DNA of 32,000 nt, taken from assembly GCF_000172995.2 (NCBI RefSeq), contig NC_014729.1, positions 1,290,001 through 1,322,000 of the forward strand, in the 5' to 3' direction. Below, piece after piece: positions 28,783 through 32,000 of the stretch (its first letter is position 1; every line of letters starts with the position of its first letter). A program made the position numbers and the translations under genes. Under the pieces are notes generated by a model. It was not told where the DNA came from. It saw nothing but the letters and a program-made list of their open reading frames with translations, and made no database searches. Source of the stretch: Halogeometricum borinquense DSM 11551. GTDB taxonomy: Archaea; Halobacteriota; Halobacteria; Halobacteriales; Haloferacaceae.

Positions 28783-28889
28783 ACGGGAACGGCAACCAGC
28801 GCACAGTCAGATGGTGCAACAGCCCCTGATACCTCCGCCGACAGCAGTGGCTGACGAGTCGAGGAACGGGACGGGAGAGAGCGTCGAGT

Positions 28890-31004
28890 TTAGAACTGAT
28901 CGACGGTGGCCGTCACGACGGCATCGACGACTTCGTCACGGGCACCCGACAGGAACTCGATACGGTTGTCGCGGACGGCAACGGCGGTAACGCCACCCTC
29001 GGGGACGGCGTCGCGTGCTGCCTCAGCGATAGCTCGAATATCAACATCGTCCGTGGTGCGGACGAACAGTTCGTCCGTCGAGGTGGCGACGGTGACGTAC
29101 TCGTCTCCCTCACGGTTCCGACGGTGCAGTTCGTCCACCAGAAGCGACGTCGGCGGGAAGTCGAACCGGTGGGTGTACGCGTCGGCGTCGAGAACGGCGA
29201 CAGTCACGCCGGCTTCCTCGCGCACGTCGATGTTCGCCTGTGCCGTCTCGACTTCGGCGTCGAGTTTGATGCGGAACTGCTCTGCGATGTGCGCGGCGAG
29301 GTTACCCTCTACCGCGTCGCCGCCTGCGCGCTGTGCGCCCGGCGAGACACCGTCATCGAACAGCAGGTCCGTGATGAGTTCGCGTTTGTCCTCGTAGGAC
29401 TGGTAGTACGCCTCCAGCGCGATTGCTTCGCGGAGTTCGCGCGTCCGATCGGCGTCGTACCCGGCTTCTTCGGCGAGTTCGACGTACTCGGCGGGCGTAT
29501 CCTCCCAGTAACTCACGGCAGGCAGGTGAGCGATATCCTCGCGGACACCCGAATCGACGGCGGCAGCGAGGTTTGCGCCCAGCGCGCCGGTCGAAAGGTC
29601 TGCGGCGTCGGTTCCGGCCAGTCCGGGGTTGACGACCGCATCAGCGACATCTTCGACTTCCTCGTCTGCGGCCGCGGCGTCAACGACGACGCGTTCTGCA
29701 CCGTACACGTCGAGGAGTCCGAGACCATCGAGGGATTCAGCGGTCGCCCCAACACCCAGAAGAAGGACGAGAGGGAGCTTCTCGTCGTGGCGCTGGTTGT
29801 CCTGCAGCATTCGCGTGACGTCGTTCGTCGCCGCGTCCATGCCGTAGATGGGGTCATCAAGCGGTCGGCGCGTGAAGTAGTGGTACTCGGCGTCAGCGCG
29901 TTCGTGTTCCTCGCGGATGCGCGGGAGCACAGCGCGCTCGACGGCCGCACCGGCAACGTATCCGTCTGCCGTCGCGGGGTGACGGACGACGATTGGGCGC
30001 GATTCGAGGATGGCGCGACGAACCGTCTCCGCGGCGTCGCGGAGTTGCTCGGTCACGGCTTCGACCGGTGCGTGCGCGGCCAGCGGTTCGACTGAGTCGG
30101 GACGCGCTCGCGCGGCCATCGCGTCGTCGAGTCGCTGGACGACGGCGTCGGCTTCCTCGCCTTCGAGTGCGACGAGTTCCTCGGTCTCGACCTGCAGTTC
30201 GTCGCGGCGTACTTCGACTTCGCCGTCGAGACGGACGATGTCGCTCTCGCCGACTTCGGGGTAGGCACGGACGCCTGCTTCGACGAACGCGGCGCAATCG
30301 ACGACGCCCGTCTCGTCACGAATCTCGAAGATGGTCGGACCGCCAGTCTGGCGCGTACTGACGACTTCGCCCTCGATTCGGACCGCATCACCCACGCGGT
30401 CAGACAGGTTCTCGATGGAAACGAGTTCAAAGCGGTCGGTCTCGGCTTCGGCCTCGTGCGTCGGCGTTTCGGCTTCTGCGGTTTCGGCTTCTGCGCTTTC
30501 AGTTTCTGCCGCTGCGTCCTGCGTGTCGGCGTCAGACTCGGCTACCGCCCCGTCGTCGGCGTTGGTCGTCTGACTCTCCCCGTTACGTTCTCTGGACTTC
30601 GTAGAGACGTCCTTTGGCTTCTTTTTCACCGGGGCGGACGAACTGTCGTCGGACTCCTCGACCGGCTTGCCGTCATCTTCGCCGTTCGGGTCGTGGATGC
30701 GAGACCCGCGGAACTCGCGTTCGGACTGACGGATGGACCAACCGAGGTCGATGTTTCCGTTATCGCGGATGTTCTTCACCTGTACGAATACAGTGTCGCC
30801 TGCTTCCCAGTCGAGACTCTCCAGGCGGCGGTCCAGTTCACTCCGGTGCAGGAGGCCGGTCACTCCCGAAGCGAGGTCAACGAACACACCGAACTCCGCG
30901 AATCCGTCAACTTCACCCTTGTAGTATCGCCCCGGCGTCAGCTGGTGAGGGGAATCTCCCCGAAACTCAAACCACACGTCTTCGTCGTGCGTAATCCAAT
31001 CCAT
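28890..31004 (-). CDS. RecJ-like DHH-superfamily protein with N-terminal S1 and OB-fold domains; the catalytic motifs appear degenerate
   Basis: Trimmed to the ATG at 31004 (MDWITHDEDVWFEF). It has an S1-like domain (GRYYKGEVDGFAEFGVFVDLASGVTGLLHRSEL), an acidic linker, an OB-fold block (VRIEGEVVSTRQTGGPTIFEIRDETGVVDCAAF) and then a DHH/DHHA1-like region. The upstream 128 codons of the track ORF are R-rich and overlap the Yip1 gene. Confidence 0.8.
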   Translation of the reverse strand: MDWITHDEDVWFEFRGDSPHQLTPGRYYKGEVDGFAEFGVFVDLASGVTGLLHRSELDRRLESLDWEAGDTVFVQVKNIRDNGNIDLGWSIRQSEREFRGSRIHDPNGEDDGKPVEESDDSSSAPVKKKPKDVSTKSRERNGESQTTNADDGAVAESDADTQDAAAETESAEAETAEAETPTHEAEAETDRFELVSIENLSDRVGDAVRIEGEVVSTRQTGGPTIFEIRDETGVVDCAAFVEAGVRAYPEVGESDIVRLDGEVEVRRDELQVETEELVALEGEEADAVVQRLDDAMAARARPDSVEPLAAHAPVEAVTEQLRDAAETVRRAILESRPIVVRHPATADGYVAGAAVERAVLPRIREEHERADAEYHYFTRRPLDDPIYGMDAATNDVTRMLQDNQRHDEKLPLVLLLGVGATAESLDGLGLLDVYGAERVVVDAAAADEEVEDVADAVVNPGLAGTDAADLSTGALGANLAAAVDSGVREDIAHLPAVSYWEDTPAEYVELAEEAGYDADRTRELREAIALEAYYQSYEDKRELITDLLFDDGVSPGAQRAGGDAVEGNLAAHIAEQFRIKLDAEVETAQANIDVREEAGVTVAVLDADAYTHRFDFPPTSLLVDELHRRNREGDEYVTVATSTDELFVRTTDDVDIRAIAEAARDAVPEGGVTAVAVRDNRIEFLSGARDEVVDAVVTATVDQF

Positions 31005-31174
31005 TGCGTGCAACAAACGACCCGGGACTAAAACCCTTGTCGAATCCGCCTCAGAAACGCGCTCGTCGCGGCGGCCTGCCGCCACATTTCGAAAGGAGTC
31101 GCGGTAAACCGGCTCCGTTATTGTTCTCTGGACATGTTTGTGCCCAACTTCCGCGGGACGCGTTGCGATGCGAT

Positions 31175-31780
31175 TTAAATTACTCCGAGAGTCCGAACGA
31201 TGGTGATGAACGCTGTCGCCCCACCGAAGACGTAGCCGAAGAGGAACGTCGCCGGAACCGCTCCGGCCACGGCAGCGTGCGCAATGCTCACGTCGTGGAC
31301 CTCGCTCAGGCCGATGAACATGAGAACTGCGCCGTAGCCAGCGCAGACGAGACGGAGTTCTGGACTCGGAATTCCGGCGACAGCGCACGGTGCCGACGCG
31401 TAGGCGATGACTTGTACTGTCTCGCTGATTCCGCCGCGGTTCTCCCAGACGGTCGCGATGAGAAAGACCGTCTGAAGCGCGGCAGTGATGTGGAGGACGG
31501 CCGGTGCGAGGAGGAGTGCGACGGCGGCGAGGCCGACGAACGCGGAAAGCGCCTGTCCGCCCGCGAGTGCGGGTATCCGGGCGGGGACAAACGCGAACAA
31601 CACGGTCGTGTACGCGACGGCGACGACGACGGCGAAGACGAGGCCGGGTGCTTGGTCGCCCGGTGAGACGCCGTTTCTGAAGAACCGCTGGGGGCGTGTG
31701 AGTACCTCAAACCACGCTCGGGCGACGCCACGCGGGCCGCGTTCCCGCCCACCTTCCGGATGCTCTATCCAAGTGGTCAC
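31175..31780 (-). CDS. Yip1-domain membrane protein
   Basis: It has the Yip1-like pattern WIEHPEGGRERGPRGVARAWFEVLTRPQRFF followed by 4 to 5 TM segments. Both in-frame ATGs (31927 and 31876) overlap the tdk 3' end. A GTG at 31780, just downstream of the tdk stop, is the more likely start but remains uncertain. Confidence 0.65.
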   Translation of the reverse strand: MTTWIEHPEGGRERGPRGVARAWFEVLTRPQRFFRNGVSPGDQAPGLVFAVVVAVAYTTVLFAFVPARIPALAGGQALSAFVGLAAVALLLAPAVLHITAALQTVFLIATVWENRGGISETVQVIAYASAPCAVAGIPSPELRLVCAGYGAVLMFIGLSEVHDVSIAHAAVAGAVPATFLFGYVFGGATAFITIVRTLGVI

Positions 31781-31790
31781 GTCGTCTAGA

Positions 31791-32000
31791 TTAGTCGTGC
31801 CGGAGCGTATGACAGTTCCGACATCGTGCCTCGTAAGACTCCTCAGCACCGACAACGATAGTCGGTCCTTCGGCATGGGCGGGTTCGCCGTCAACGAGGC
31901 GTTGATTTCGACTCGCAGGTTCGCCACAGACAGAGCAAATCGCCTGTAGTTTGTCCACGTACTCCGCCATCGCCATCAGTTGCGGCACGGGGTCGAACGG
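31791..32000 (-). CDS. tdk: Thymidine kinase, C-terminal part (the gene continues beyond the window end)
   Basis: It has the C-terminal zinc-binding pattern of type II thymidine kinases: [19 protein letters not shown]...[16 protein letters not shown]. The frame stays open up to position 32000. Confidence 0.85.
   Translation of the reverse strand, partial: PFDPVPQLMAMAEYVDKLQAICSVCGEPASRNQRLVDGEPAHAEGPTIVVGAEESYEARCRNCHTLRHD

Larger units (their letters stand above)
27352..28854 (+). pseudogene. FilR1/DUF1724-type winged-HTH transcriptional regulator, disrupted by a 516-bp element insertion
   Basis: The N-terminal fragment is 27352..27933 (wHTH LGVSRATSHRLTRWLVEEGL, then the middle domain ...FRGFNTTHVVPP...DDAEFI). 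The same-frame C-terminal fragment runs from 28443 and is listed in the track as ORF 28486..28854 (HLQLRTREALPYGLAIFDERVGVGGYDDETGTLRVFVDTD...WAEGVYEMY). The stop at 27931 lies inside the insert. Confidence 0.7.

Noticed and set aside
31781-31927. ATG starts (31927 and 31876) for the Yip1 gene.
   Set aside because: They would overlap the 3' end of tdk by 86 to 137 nt and add a non-conserved-looking leader. A GTG at 31780, immediately after the tdk stop, is more parsimonious but unproven.

Overview
High-GC window with an acidic proteome and a halobacterial-type transducer, consistent with a haloarchaeal (class Halobacteria) chromosome. It is densely packed with housekeeping genes. These are glyA and folD (one-carbon metabolism), two zinc-ribbon proteins, PadR, an AI-2E transporter and an MgtC/DUF4010 protein. 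Next come a class-III aminotransferase, FEN1, a GNAT-like protein, a SAM methyltransferase, a DUF3054 protein, an MFS transporter and an ornithine cyclodeaminase-family enzyme. A same-strand run follows of rqcH (NFACT), two tandem DUF4013 paralogs and pelota. The window ends with a GNAT, a soluble PAS-MCP transducer, MscS, a SHOCT protein, Elp3, a RecJ-like DHH-family protein with S1 and OB domains, Yip1 and a partial thymidine kinase. No rRNA, tRNA or CRISPR array was recognised. The most interesting signal is a family of non-coding, highly structured, apparently mobile elements present in three copies. Copy B (27927..28442, + strand) cleanly splits a FilR1/DUF1724-type wHTH regulator gene, and removing it in silico restores one ORF. 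Copy A (16115..16446, - strand) sits on the stop codon of the cyclodeaminase gene and regenerates a stop. Copy C (about 4842..5240, + strand) is degenerate and lies upstream of padR. The ends resemble IS200/IS605 elements: a TTAT left flank, subterminal GC hairpins and a right end of hairpin plus AGGATGTCA(A/C). No tnpA or tnpB is present in the window. The 3' part of copy B folds like an orphan TnpB omega-RNA-like module. All functional calls rest on motif recognition by eye, because no searches could be run.
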